From: Phoronis australis
Taxonomy: Eukaryota; Animalia; Phoronida
Reading direction: 5' to 3'
Length of the DNA stretch: 64,000 bases
Assembly: GCA_002633005.1 (NCBI GenBank)
Contig: NMRA01000038.1
Coordinates: forward strand, 35,443-99,442
The position numbers and the translations under genes are program-made. Positions 13,481 through 26,700 of this stretch are shown in pieces. Every line of letters starts with the position of its first letter. Positions within the stretch are counted from its first letter, which is position 1. The notes beneath the pieces were generated by a model. That model ran no database searches, was not told where the DNA came from, and was given only the letters and a program-made list of their open reading frames with translations.

Positions 13481-16414
13481 TGGTCAATATGTTGGGTTTT
13501 AGACCTTTACTTATGGTATTTTTTCATTCAGTAGTCAGCGTCATCTGGTGCAGGAGACATGTACTGATACAGGCGGAGGCTCCAATCTTTGTACAAAGTG
13601 AAGAAATTTCATGGATCACCCGTCAAAACATCAAACCAGAAGCAATCATAATCACATGTCATCGAACGCTTACTCGTAGTTACTGAATCAACTTACACTC
13701 TGGTGCTCGTTTACCACAGCTTGTCATCTCTCCAGGATATTCTGATCGCTAACGGATTCTCGTCATTAACGTCCACTCCAATGGTGAAAAACCTCTTAAG
13801 ACATATGAGCTAAAAATTTCTGTCGCCAACAGCAGGGTGATTTGCCCTTAAGCTGTATGGCCAGTGCCTTCTCAGTGTTAGAGTGACAGTCGGTATAGTG
13901 GACATCGAAGTAATTAATATTAATGATTCTTCATTATTTCAACATCATTTTACAGATTAATGTTTGATTAATCACTAAATCAGCTTGTAAACCTCACAGT
14001 CGCGGCAGTGGCCGTCGTGCAATCCGTGTCCATTCACAACACCTGTCATTACCGGTTGCCACTTGTCTCGTTCCACTACCTGGATCCATTGTGTGCGCAA
14101 TTTTTGGTATTGCCAAAACATGTCATATTGACTTTTAGAGCGAAATTCCAAACTTAGTAATATTCATAACCTGATTTACATTACGTCATCACTTTCTGTG
14201 TTAGCCAAGTTGCACGTCCAGCTGATTGTTCTCTTCCTGGGTTGGTTTTCAACGATTTGTGTTGTGGTGAGTTGCAGTAATTACCGGGCCAGAGTCAAGA
14301 ACTTGCCGTTTTATCGGTTTTCTAGTGTAAGTACTTCGCATTATCGGCGAAATATGAGGTGCATTTCGGCTTCAGCTGGCAATTGCATCGCCTGTGGACG
14401 CCGCAGATTTAACTCGTTACTCCGGAAAACAAGTCAAACCACTGAAAGATTCCATTCTATACAACCCCACAAGATGCACCGACAGGTGAAATTTCTGTAG
14501 TTTTATTTTGATCATTCAGTTACCCTCTATATGGGTGCAGCGCAACTATCAGCTTGTTCGCCAGAGATCACTGGATATGTGACGCAAGTCCAACTGTAAA
14601 CCGTGGACTCGTGTAGGTCCAAAGACTATATCTCAATGTCTTACCGTGTCCAGGTAGCTTTCATTTCATAACTAATTTTTATAGCGTGAACAGTGAGTAG
14701 GCGAATAACAAACATGGTTGCTTTAAGACCCATTGAAAGTGCGTAAGCGGTTGTAATTAAATAGATATTAATCCATACAACGGCACTCTTTGAAAAATGT
14801 AAGAGATCACAATTGAAAATTTTACAGCAAGCACACCTCTACACGCTGTCGACATCATATTGCTACCTCGCAAGGACAATAGATGGCAGAGCAGACTGGT
14901 TTCTGCAGGGACATACTCGCCGATCACGAGCCGAGTCAAAGGCATTGACGACGTTTAAGGCTATCCTTTCCAACTTTGTATTAGCTTGAAGAGTTTACAA
15001 GTACAGTATTGTAAGTAAATCAAACTGTACATCACTTGGATTTTTATCCATGATTTCAAAAATTATAGCGGCTATAAACCTGACTTCCATCAAGGACGGA
15101 AGTTTTCCACTTGCTGTCTCAAAATAGTTATGCAGTCCAATTCTAAGTTAAGGGCTTCGAAAGATATTTTAGTTGCCTGGTTATCGTTGAAACGAGGTTC
15201 TCTAGAAGTTGGATTGTCAGGCGTGTTATTTTACTGGCCGGATAATAAGTAACTGTTAGTGCTTTCATCCCCAAAAATCGCTTCTTATCTGAGTACAGAA
15301 TAAGTTGAGACTAATCTTATAGTGGCAAGTGGTCGCAAAAGTTAAGTTTTTCTACGGAACGCGAGTACAATTTACTGGCGCTTTACAGTCCCAACCGTAA
15401 GGTCTCGTTGATCCCCGGGAGTAGGAATACCAAACCCGAAATTCGATTAACGCGGGATATTGACGGAAACTACAACAATGCCTGTTTTGTTAAAACTTGT
15501 AAATCTTAGAAACAAAACAATACTGTGTAGTCAGAGGGTTAACTCATACGAGTTGTCGCCGCGGGGGCCACGTGCGAAACGAGTTTTGGTTTAGGGATGT
15601 CAAACGAAATTTATCCAACTTCCTTATATCCTTTGATATTTTGTGTGTTCAGCTTATGCGAGGAAGTGCATGCAGACCGTCAGACGGGTTAATTGATTGT
15701 TTCTGGAGGTATGTCCTAAAGGGCAAACTGACCGATTTTCCGAATTTGGCTTGTCCCACTGGTACAGCGTGAAACCAGATTTAAAACACACAAATAATAT
15801 TTTGTCTTAGACCCTGCACTTACCGTTGTGAAATTGATCTCAAGCTGTACAGTTCCTTAGTAAAACTGGAGGTGATTTCAGGGCTTCCAGGTCGCTAGTG
15901 CTTGAAAACATCACGCTTTACACAGCGTCTCCTTTTATGTGATCAGCCCTGGTCTCGAGGGATAGCAAACTGTCTGCTGTTAGCCAACCCAGAATTCACT
16001 TCGCATTACCTTGTATACCGGTGAGTAGTCTAAATAAAAAATCGCCTCTTGGTCCGGCGGAACGCAGCTAGCCGCTTTAAAGGTCCCCTGAAACGTTTCA
16101 GTCGATTTCTTCAAAATCAAATTAAACAAAACACCGCTTTCTGGAACAACAACTGGTGACACGCTGCGTACATATAAGTTAGTGACGAAACCGACAATCG
16201 ATCCTGATAAAGATACATTTCATGCCCCAGCCGGTTTCGGTTCTAAGAAGGGGGCGCTGTGGTCGAGACGCCCGCAGATTTTCAGCCCCATCCTTGTCAA
16301 ATACCAAATTTGCCTTTGAACTGAACAATGATGATTGTACCGATAAAACATACGGCACCAAGACGCACTCGAAGACACAACTTCCAGCGGTCGCAGTCCA
16401 ACGGTTTGCCACTA

Positions 16415-17162
16415 GAGTTGAGCTAGGCAATATCTCACAAAATCTCGCGAAGTTTTGCTTTTTAGCGAGGTTCTAACGATACGGAGGCACTGAACAGTTC
16501 TCACAGGGATTTGCCTATCAGAACACACGTCAATGGACTCTTCACCCTTTCTTCACTCTGTCAAAAACTGCATGCAAATAACGAAAAGTTTTGAGTCAGT
16601 TCACATCACAAGCCCTACAGATGAGCACAGAAACTTTGTTCTCTCTTGTATTTTTGACCCTTTCACTCCAGTGGAATCCAAGCCTAGACTAAGAGAAATA
16701 ACTTGGACAAAAAATGCAATATCGGCCCTTTTCACCCCAAAACCGCAACTTCCCTTCCTAAATCCAACATTAGATTCCGAAAGCAAATGTCCTACCGATT
16801 CCAAAAATGTGGTCCAAAAGTACTGTCAACCAACTAGTTTTTTTGCAAATCTGGCTTGTTTGAGGGCTACCTGAAATCGCGGCCAATTTCTTAGTTGCTA
16901 CACAGCAATGCACAACTGCAAGAGGGGGCCACCATCTTGAAGAAAAGTGCAACTACAGCCAAGAAAGTGGTCTTTTTTAATTCTCAGCTTGTTCACAAAT
17001 ACAAACGAACCAAATTCACTTGGCCTACATGCAATACCTAACTGAAAAATGCCCCCAAGCCTGGCCTACCCCTAGATTTTAATATTTTGGCAGTGCAAAC
17101 TGGCTGCGGCCGCAGTCTAACTGTTCAGTGCCACCTATGTAGGTCCTAGCGTAACTGAACTC
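16415..17162. mobile_element. Host MITE (GAGTTCAG..CGCTAGGACCT TIR family) interrupted by a second element
   Basis: 16429-16478 matches 44192-44240, and 17139-17160 is the reverse complement of 44112-44133. The right end is ACTGAACTC followed by TAA. The left TIR is degenerate. Confidence 0.55.
16483..17136. mobile_element. GGTGGCACTGAA-family element, copy 2 (left arm internally deleted)
   Basis: Collinear with ~12105-12709. Ends are GGAGGCACTGAACAGTT and AACTGTTCAGTGCCACCT. Confidence 0.8.
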
Positions 17163-17699
17163 TAACTTAGGTCCGGCACAATCACGAATACCAGCTTAAG
17201 AATGGCAGCCTCCTTTGAATGGTGCGTAGAAAGGTCGACAGGCCATAGCAGTCGGGTATTCAACTGATGAGTTCACCGGCATATATTACATATTTGATCG
17301 AATGACTGGAACCCAACGTTGGGAGTCGACAGCTTAATCTTCAAAATGTTTTACAGCTCAGGCCACAGTTAACAACTTCAAAAACTCTATGCCATCCGAC
17401 AATAATCTCAAAAATGCGCCTTTCTGCCCTTAAACCGATTGTGACCATTGGCAGCCCCGTGCAGCGCCATTTTCGAAGAGCAGTTGTTTTGGTACATGTT
17501 TTGGGTGCAATTGCTTGTTTTGGGGTTTTTAAGGGACTTTATGGGATAGAAAACTTTCTGAGACCAGTTTCAGCGTGGAATCGAACACGAACACCCGTAG
17601 TCGCAGTGCACTGCCGGAGGAGTATTTGAAGCGTGTTTTAAAAGTTGATGTTTGCGGCCTTAATTTCACCGAATGTCTGGTTGGCAGAAAACGACAGAA

Positions 17700-18350
17700 T
17701 TGGTGATTGTTAAAAAATCAAAAACTGATATTGTTGTTTCATACACGTGGTCAAAGATAATTAATGAGGTCCATCCAATTCAACAATCATCGTTCTTCGG
17801 CCGCCGTAATGTCCTCAACGTGGCTTCATTGTCAACATCTTTTAACCTTACTTTATGCCACCGCAGTGATTTCAATATCCCAACAAAAACGAGAAAATTG
17901 AGGAAACGCGACGTTCATTGGGTTTTTTTAGCTCCACGAACATTAGTGTTGACGTATAAAGTACCCACCGGCAGTAGTGCCACGTCTTCCAACACGGTAA
18001 TTTCTTGTACACACTTTTTCCGTATCCATTTCCTGACTTAGAAAATGACGGGCATCTTGGAAATTGAGGTCGTGTTTGTCGAGCTGCGTAAATGCAACAA
18101 AAATCCCCCCTGGTAAATCAAATTTGGCAAACAGGTATTCGCAAATCGGATATTGCACGACTCTTTCACTTGATTGCCAAATGAGGTTACGGCGGCCAGC
18201 TTCGAATTGATTGACAAGATAATTCTGATATCAGTTATTGAATGAATTCTAGTCGTTAGATGTGTACGGATAAGTTGCTCAATACACATCATTTGGAGGG
18301 AACAACGTTCGCTGGTATCCATGTACTTGATAATCTCTGTGTTTGTCAAT
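17700..18350 (-). pseudogene. Decayed Mutator-like/Kolobok-type DDE transposase fragment
   Basis: Minus-strand pieces SLQMMC, SINSKLAA...LPN, VCTRNY, DVDNEATL and DHV occur in the order expected for the LxxxCxxC, INxxL, CxxNY, GDGDS and HVxK blocks of this family. Many disruptions. Confidence 0.4.
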
Positions 18351-18499
18351 GTTTATGTAGAAGTTCACAGTCTGCAACGCTGTATCTCACCTCCGGATGT
18401 TTGCGTGCATGAGTTGTTGAATAAATGTCGCGAGGTGAATTTGCACTTACTCGATAGTGTAAACGTAAACAAGAACTGATAAAAAATAAAGATTCAAGT

Positions 18500-18505
18500 T
18501 TTAAT
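18500..18505 (-). terminator. Candidate polyadenylation signal (ATTAAA) of the RERGL-like gene, implying a ~1.8 kb 3' UTR
   Basis: ATTAAA on the minus strand is followed by a T/GT-rich tract (~18490-18455). It lies at the end of an AT-rich stretch with no recognised repeats downstream of the stop codon. Confidence 0.35.
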
Positions 18506-20299
18506 CGTATCACAGAGACATGTGTATTTATAACAAATAAAATAACAAACGTTTACATAGATAATTTACAACAAGGCATTAAAGTAAAACCAAAAAGATA
18601 CAACGTGACTTTGGGATCCTTGTCGAACAAAGCGTGTCTTACAGCGGTTATATTAATACACGTCAAGAGGAGAGTACATTAACATAAATTTGAACTATTA
18701 CTGTTATCTGAACACGAGCAAGTAAAAGTGTCTTAACTTAACAAACAGCTGTCAACGAAATTTGCTCGTAGCACGAGGGCTTTTAAGCGATATATTGAGA
18801 TATTTTACTTATGATGTTGGGTATCATCACGCTGATTGGAGTTTTGCCAGACTAAGTGTACTAAAAAATAGACATTAGACCGCAAAAACAGATTGGCGAA
18901 ACTTTAGAATCAGGTATCTGTTTGTATTTGACTGACAGTAAAGCTGTCTAGAGCGTTTCACAGCTCACTACAAAACTTAAATTTCTCGGACAAGTTTCAT
19001 CGATCATTTCCTGATTCACATAAACAAAATACGGTTCACACCTTTAGCGTGAACCGAGAAATAAACAACATGTTCTGAGCAATTAGCCGACATGTCTTTA
19101 TGTTCAGGAAACAGGGTTTTTAAAAGCAGTATTCAAAACAACGTGATACACGTAGGTCTATGTTCAGAGTGACTAGATTGCACTGCAACACTCTCAGTCT
19201 CCTTTCAAATGTATAGGATGTCCCCAAACGTAATCAAATTCCAGGGCAACTACAGCACCATACCATTTCCCGAGAACCAGACTCTGAGGGCGGACCTAGA
19301 GTACCGTCGGTGACATCTTGAAGCATTCAAATGTTTCGAGTTAAAGTACACGTGAGTCGTAACGATATTTTGACTGTGAATCTAGGTATAGATTTTGGTA
19401 AATACCAACGAAACGCTTACACAATTAATGGTAAATTGGTATTAAATACAAAATGAAATTCTAAAGGCTTTGTACTTTCAGAAAAATACACATTTACATG
19501 GCTCAAGACTCACGTTGAGTGTATATTTGGCAACATACACATAACTTAAATTTCTCTTTTCACCACTCCTGTATGAATTTAAATCAGTAATCTTGATCCC
19601 AAATGAATAAACATCGCATTATTGTCGTTTTAAATGTGAGCGCATATTTGGGACAAACTATACTTTTGAATGAATGGAGACTAATATTTTAACTCACTGA
19701 AATTGACCCATCTCTGAGCGCGGAACAATACAAACAGCGAGTACAGTACATGTGCATGTATGGGATAGATCTCACAGTGAGCAAAGCTTTACGAAAACGT
19801 AAGAAACAACCAATGCATTAGCCACCTGACCGAAATGACTGAGTAGCTAAAACTGTGTTATAGTCCTTTTATGGTCCGTTCATCTGCCATCGTCCTCAAA
19901 ACGTCACGTGTTCACAAACGGAAAATAGTCATGAGTGGTTCAATGCACGATAACAGTGTCTCAGTACCGTCTAACCACTTCATTCCAGTCGGATGGATGG
20001 AGACGGTTCTACTTCATGCTGTCAGACCGAGACTAATGTATCAAGTGGTCATATCAGATATGACACCGTTACCATGGAAACTCAATACTCGTACCCGTCG
20101 TCATTTGTAAGTTAAGCAACAAGCAATTAGCCCATAACTCGTTCATTTTGCCAAGCACTTAGGACGCCAACTCCACGAAAGCGTCCAAGTCATAAATACG
20201 CCACACGTACAAAGTATACTGATCCTCAAAATTATTCCCCTTTTTGATTTCACAATAAATGCCAAAAAAAAAAAACAGTAACAACCAGCACCTCCTTCC

Positions 20300-20746
20300 T
20301 CATAACGACGGTTTCCGTTCTATTTCTTTTGTTTTTGTTTTGGTGCTAAACATCGATGCCAATGCTTTTGAGACTTGTACGAATGAGTTTTTTCTCCCAG
20401 CTTTTTTAATACACCTCGAGTTATTTACTTGTGATGTAAGGTCTCTGACGAGTGTGTGGAAGGCAGCACTGATGTTTCTCTCATCGTCGGCTGCAGACAC
20501 TTCATAAAAAAGGCAGCCATATTGTCTTGACAGTGCATAGCCTTCGCTATAGTCCACCTGGCGGCGGTGATCGAGATCTGTCATGTTACCTAGCAACAAG
20601 ATAGGCACGTAACTAGGTGCTTTCGCTTTCTGAGCTAGCTGGATTTGTCTTTTTGCTCGGGAAAAACTCTCTTTGTCACATATGCTGTACACGATTACAA
20701 TAGCCTGACACCAGTTTAAAGTGTCGTACACGGCAACCTCGTTTTC
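20300..20746 (-). CDS. RERGL: RERGL-like coding exon 4 (G4, G5 and basic tail)
   Basis: Acceptor TTTTTGCAG|GAA. Corresponds to ORF 20300..20752, with VYSI, GNMTDL and EVSAA motifs and a TGA stop. Confidence 0.93.
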   Translation of the reverse strand, partial: ENEVAVYDTLNWCQAIVIVYSICDKESFSRAKRQIQLAQKAKAPSYVPILLLGNMTDLDHRRQVDYSEGYALSRQYGCLFYEVSAADDERNISAAFHTLVRDLTSQVNNSRCIKKAGRKNSFVQVSKALASMFSTKTKTKEIERKPSL

Positions 20747-23700
20747 CTGCAAAAATAAAACAACATAAATAGATAAACATACAACAAACAGCGAAGAAAA
20801 CGAATCAACACTATTGAACTAACACACAAGATAGCCCAGCTGAAAGCACGTTTCATAGTCCTAACTTTACAACTTTTAAGTTTACACCTTAACTTAAAAT
20901 TAAACCAACTGAAATAAAGCCCCGTTTAAACCAGTTTTAGATATTAAAAAATTGTCTCATCAGCTAAACAGGCATTTTAACACACATGGAAATGAGACAA
21001 AAAAGCCAAAATCCTTTAGTGAAATGACCCTCTGAGCACTCGTCTGAGTGTAAGACCCGGTCCCTACGAGCCTCGAGAATACGAGAATGACAATCACACT
21101 AGATCAAAATATTTTGTTTTGTTTCATGTCTTCTAGATGGTTTATTTGAACAGGCCTCATTAATTTGATATCACAGTTCTCCTTTACGAAAGATTACAGC
21201 TGCTCTACCCAGTCCGTCATCAACTATTGTAAAATTGTTTGTTGATTGTAGTAATTCTCTGTCAAAGGCAACATTGTTTGCCACTTGGTTCCAAAACATT
21301 TTCTCCTTTGAAAAAGTAAAAGATGCTGAAGGTCACGATGACGTTTGATGCACTTACAACTAAACACGTGACAGATGCAAAAACACTCGCATCAAACAAA
21401 AAAAAAACATTTTCAAGGAAAACAGAAACGTTTGTGGCCATTAAGCTTTAACCTTTAAACGATCGTAACAGAGGATGTTTCAAATAATCCGAAAAATGTT
21501 TACCTCAAACGAAATGACTTAAAGTCAGATGAATTGTACGTAACTACATTTCAGACATTTTCGAAAGTCATAACGGAAAACGTTTTTATAGTGCGCTTAC
21601 AGCTCTTGCGGATCTAAAGGCTGGCATTACGTAGTTTCGAATTACTCTGCATGAAGACGTGAATCTTTCCATAATTTTCCGTTCACAAATCTTAAAAAGA
21701 GTGCTCACTGTTTACGTGTCCTCGCTTAGATAAAAATCGTTAGCGCTAACGGGTCACATACAATGTATCACATAACACTGACATAAATTGATAGGAAATT
21801 TCACGTCATTTGTAAAGTCACGGGAACGGATCTCCCCCCAGGAGGCGATGTGCGACATTCCTGCGTAGTCAAGAGGGCACGTCAAACTACCAGCCGACAG
21901 GTAATCGCAAATTAATTACATTTCACTGTCAACACATTTCCTTCTCAGAATCTCTTAGGGTATTTCCCGAATCAGTTATTGGGATAAGTCATTCGAATAC
22001 CATTTGACGATTTTTCGAGACCTGAAGCGAACAAACAGAACGGTCGGCTATGACACGCGTTTACAATCAGACCCCCTGCTGTACTGGCCAGGTACGTACG
22101 TACTAAAGGTAACTTTATGACCAAGAATTTTTGCGGTTATACGCTGGAATGTTGAACACCTATTGGCAAATATTGATTGCAGGGATACCGGTTCATTCGT
22201 CATATTATACACTGACTTTAGAAGTACTCTGGGCCGCACTTCACAACGGCAAAGTAACTGTTCAATGTACAAAACAGTGAAGACTTGTGCGCAAAATCCG
22301 CATTAACTAATATCCGTTAAGTTCCGTGCAGTGAAAATATAATGATGAATCAATGTGACCACAACTCACCTCCGAATGACAAGCATCTAATATTTCCATG
22401 TCTATGGAACAGTCGTCCATCATCAGGTTGTACTGGTACAACATATCTGAAAAAGAAAGAGAGAACATTTAGAGTGTATTGGTACAACACAGAAGGAAGA
22501 GAGAACAATTAGATTGAATAGGTACAACACAACACAAACAGGGAAAAAGCAAGAATATTCAGTATGACCAGCAGTAATGTAAATAACGTGCAACTTGCAC
22601 CCCAGATTTAGAACGCGTGACTGATTGACTTTAATTATCAATTCATCAGTCATTGAATCGCATTGAAAACTAGCAATTTTATTAGGCAAAAATGACGTCG
22701 TCCAGCTGCGCTTCGTACCAGCTTCGCCACGGGATTTTAAAATTGGAGCTGACTTGTCAGACACGGCGCCGAGGTGAAGTCAAGTTGTGGCTTGGAAAAA
22801 TAATTGGTGTATAACTTCACAAACAATGCTGGTTCCACCCAGTTAATGATTGTATAAGAGACATTGCTGACCATATTTAGGTACTGCCGTTTTTGGCTAA
22901 AACAACAAAGGAGGGAAATAAATGATTATTGTTTTGTTAGAAAACAGTATTTCTATAAAGCCTATTCAGCTGCTTCAACAGTGAAATCAGAGTGTTCAAC
23001 ATGACACCGTTGTAAAGTAAAACATTACGTAAAAAGCTTTCTAACCATCGAACTTCAACGGCAGGGGACTTTGGAAATGAGGCCAGTGTCGACCCAGCCA
23101 TCGTGGGTTGTATTAAAATGAAGTGTTACTAATTGTAATTATTCGTGTTATTTATAGTTTTTAGTTTTGGGAAAAATGGAAAGGTCAAGAAAAATGTGAG
23201 CAAATGAAAGTGCGAACCTTTTAAAATGCTAGGCTTTACTAAACATTGTAGCTGCATTGAGCAGCGCGTCTAAACTAACATTTCCTTTAGCAATTCTTAA
23301 TTCTAAATATTTAGCTACCAGCCATACACTTTGCAGATTCAGCACGTTCAGACATACTCAACACATTCTATGGAACAGAATTACACGTGCAATGTTTACT
23401 CGTTTGATTTCCTGTTACATGTACAGGTCGGAAGCCATGGAGGCAATGTCGTTGAATCTGCGAACCTTTTCTCAAACATACGGGTATTTTCATTACGTAC
23501 AGTGTGTGAGTATGAGCGTTTACAAACTAATGAAACTATCCAACACCAGAAATGGGTTGATCTACCGTAATCAAGAGAAATCGTTCATAATTTCGCGTTG
23601 TTTTATAAACTAAAATTTTGTGTGGCATATTTTGCATACCCAATGATAACTGATGTATTTTTCAAGTATTCAGAATAATTTAGTTCTAGCACACCTGTTT

Positions 23701-26700
23701 ATATACATAAATATGAAGATCTAGTAAAACTAATAATTATCGCATAGTTTGCATATTTCTTATTTTAGCGCATGGCCATCAAAACCAGACTGTCCAGTAC
23801 CCGACACATTAACCTATAGTTGTCGCAGAATGTGTTATTATATTTTAGATTCATTTTGGTTTAGTCATCGTATTACACAAGTTTCACGTGTTGTTTACCG
23901 TCATGTTCTCAAAGAAGGGGATTAGTATTGCGTTCTATTCCTAGAACTGTTTGTGAACATAGTGCATTACTTGTACATCTTACTTGATTGGCTAATTCCT
24001 GTATCCCTAATCTCTCTCTATATGTTTCTTACATTTGTATCTGATTCAGTAGTTGTCTTTAAAATGTCTGATTCCATACCGCACCCTCTCAAAACATGAT
24101 GTAAAATACTTACGCCATTTTTCACGAAAAGTGCATAAACTTGTATGTGAGATATTGAGTTTTTCAAATCTACTTTAGTTGCAATAACCTTGTGCTGGAT
24201 CCTATCTTGAAACCACTTTAACTTAGTTTTCGAATACATCCTGGTCAATTTCGGGCACGCCATTTACAGCTGCATTTTGCCCTGGTTGGCTAGCAACAAA
24301 CGAAAATCGGATTGAGACCCCCAAGTAATCCATGTCACTATGTTGTTTACCGTGACAGGAGCCTTTACTTTTTCAAGTCACAGTGCCATTTTCGAAACCG
24401 CTATTTTTGGGTTGGCCCCAATAAACTTTGAATCGTTTTCTTGGGTCGACGACGGTTTCGATCTTTTTTGAAACAAGGGTGTGCACAAATATGAGATATC
24501 CGAGAACGTGATGCGGATAACATGACAAAACAGACCTAGTTATTCGTCAGCAAACGAAGGAATCTTTACGTTGCGTCTTAATTTACATGTGGAATGTTCG
24601 TTTGCTAATTAAGCTTTCGTGTACATTTGCTTGAATGACGAACCTAATTCCGGAAAATTAAGACGAAAACATTTAGCAGAAAGTGACGTCTGTAGAAGAC
24701 ATTCCAATTTTACCAATTCAGAAAACAACATATTGACGAAGGGGTCGTCTATAATTAACAGTGTAGATACAATTTAACTGTCAGTTATGCAGCTTACAAT
24801 ATACCACTTGGCGTTATCGCTTATTGCATGGTTATATATGGTGTCAGAACGGGCAACGAGCCATGGCAATCGGAAGTAAATATTGGGACTGTTGCGAGTG
24901 TTATCCAAAACGTTTGACAGAATGTCGCGTTGAGGTTTCCCCCCACCCTCAACACATACATAGGGATCATAAAAATGAATACCCCTTGTCAATTCATGTA
25001 ACAACTATCTTTACTGACGTCATGACTACTATGAAAGTGTATCCGCTTATACATTTCACAAAGGTTTCTTTACCGTGATATTCTTATCCACAATATACAA
25101 CATGCGCACGTTCATATTTTACACATTCAGAATTTATCCAATTTACATGGCCTAGCTCTTTATACTCGAGACTTGCAATCCGAAAGACGGTAAAATTTGT
25201 GATTAATGATGACGTGTTGTTTGCATTGCATGACAAGATTAAATACGGCACAGACTTGCGTGGCCACCTGCGGACAGGCCAACAGTCTTTGCCCGAACAC
25301 CGATAACTTTTGACATTTCTGTCGTCACAGGCAAATATCCACAGTTTGCCAGGAAAACGGGTTCTTAGTAAGCCATCCTTACCTATTTCGGAATTATATT
25401 CGCCAATGAATCTTCGTGTAAGAAATCGGACTGTCACTGCTGAAAGATGAAAAGATATATTATTTTAATAACCTCGGTTGGAACAAACACAGATAACCGG
25501 CTTATCACACTTTGCATGGGGCCAGAGTACACAGAGACAATGTTAACACACAATTGACGCTGAGACTGGAGTTTACACAGTCGTGTTATGAGTGAGAAGT
25601 CGGACAAGTGGCCCTCCAAGTCGACCCATGATTTGAACGCCCTTGGCAGCCAGATCATGTCATAGTGGTGAACCCATGCCAGCACACTGTTCACTTAGAG
25701 CCAGCGGACACTATGGTATGCAACTCAGCGTAAATAAAGCTAGTTAACTTTTTGAAAATCTCATTGAGACATTCATTCGGATATCCTTAGATGCATGACG
25801 GGATATTGTGGTCAAGTTGAGGTAAATAACCCCAGCAGAGCACATGCATTTGTTTTATGAATAAATACAATTCGCCATCAGCAGTGGTTCGAGTACTCAG
25901 CTGACCTATCAAAAACACGAGGAATGTCGGAAAAGAAACTAATTATGGTTCAGTGTTTTCCCCATTCAAATGTTTGCTCACGTGTCTATTACCAAACACC
26001 AACCCTTGTGACCTCTACAGATTCATTCCACCCAGTATCATGTTAGTCTCAACTCCTATCACCAGCTGGCGACATGCCAGTGAATGACCCCCTGCAGTCG
26101 AGTCATCTACATCACCGTCCGCGATATCGCTATCAGGATGTTGAATATTTAAAATTGGATTTAGAAGAGATAATCCTTTAATTAATGCTATGATATCATA
26201 ACCAGCTATCGATACATGAAGGGTGACCGTTCGGTTCCAGGATATTTATCGAGTTAAAATAGGTACATTAATTAGCTGGGACTTCGCAAACTCGTTGACG
26301 CGAATATGCTGGCGTTCTACATGTATACGTTCGATTATAACTGCAGCGATAGTCGAGGAAGGGCGCGCGACCGTTCATCACTGAAGACTGTACCGCTGTT
26401 TACGTACTCATAAAGTGTTGATACATCGTACGACGTAATCCCTTCCCATTTTTTGTAAATGCTTCGCAAGAAGTTGACTACATTTCACAGCAAAGCTAAA
26501 GGCCCAGGCATCTAAAACAACCTCTGCTACCATGAAATTTATCCATTATTTATTACGTCAAATAAATGAACTGAACTGAACCGGGATTTGTTTTGTAACA
26601 TCCTAACACAAACCAAACATTTGTAAACAGGGGCGCATACACTTATAAACACCGATGTTTGTATAACTCTTGTTCGACCTGAATGAACGAGAAGACCCAA

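Noticed and set aside
25084-25437. 117-aa ORF as a stand-alone gene
   Set aside because: Only the first ~18 codons are exonic. The rest is read-through past the GT donor at 25382.
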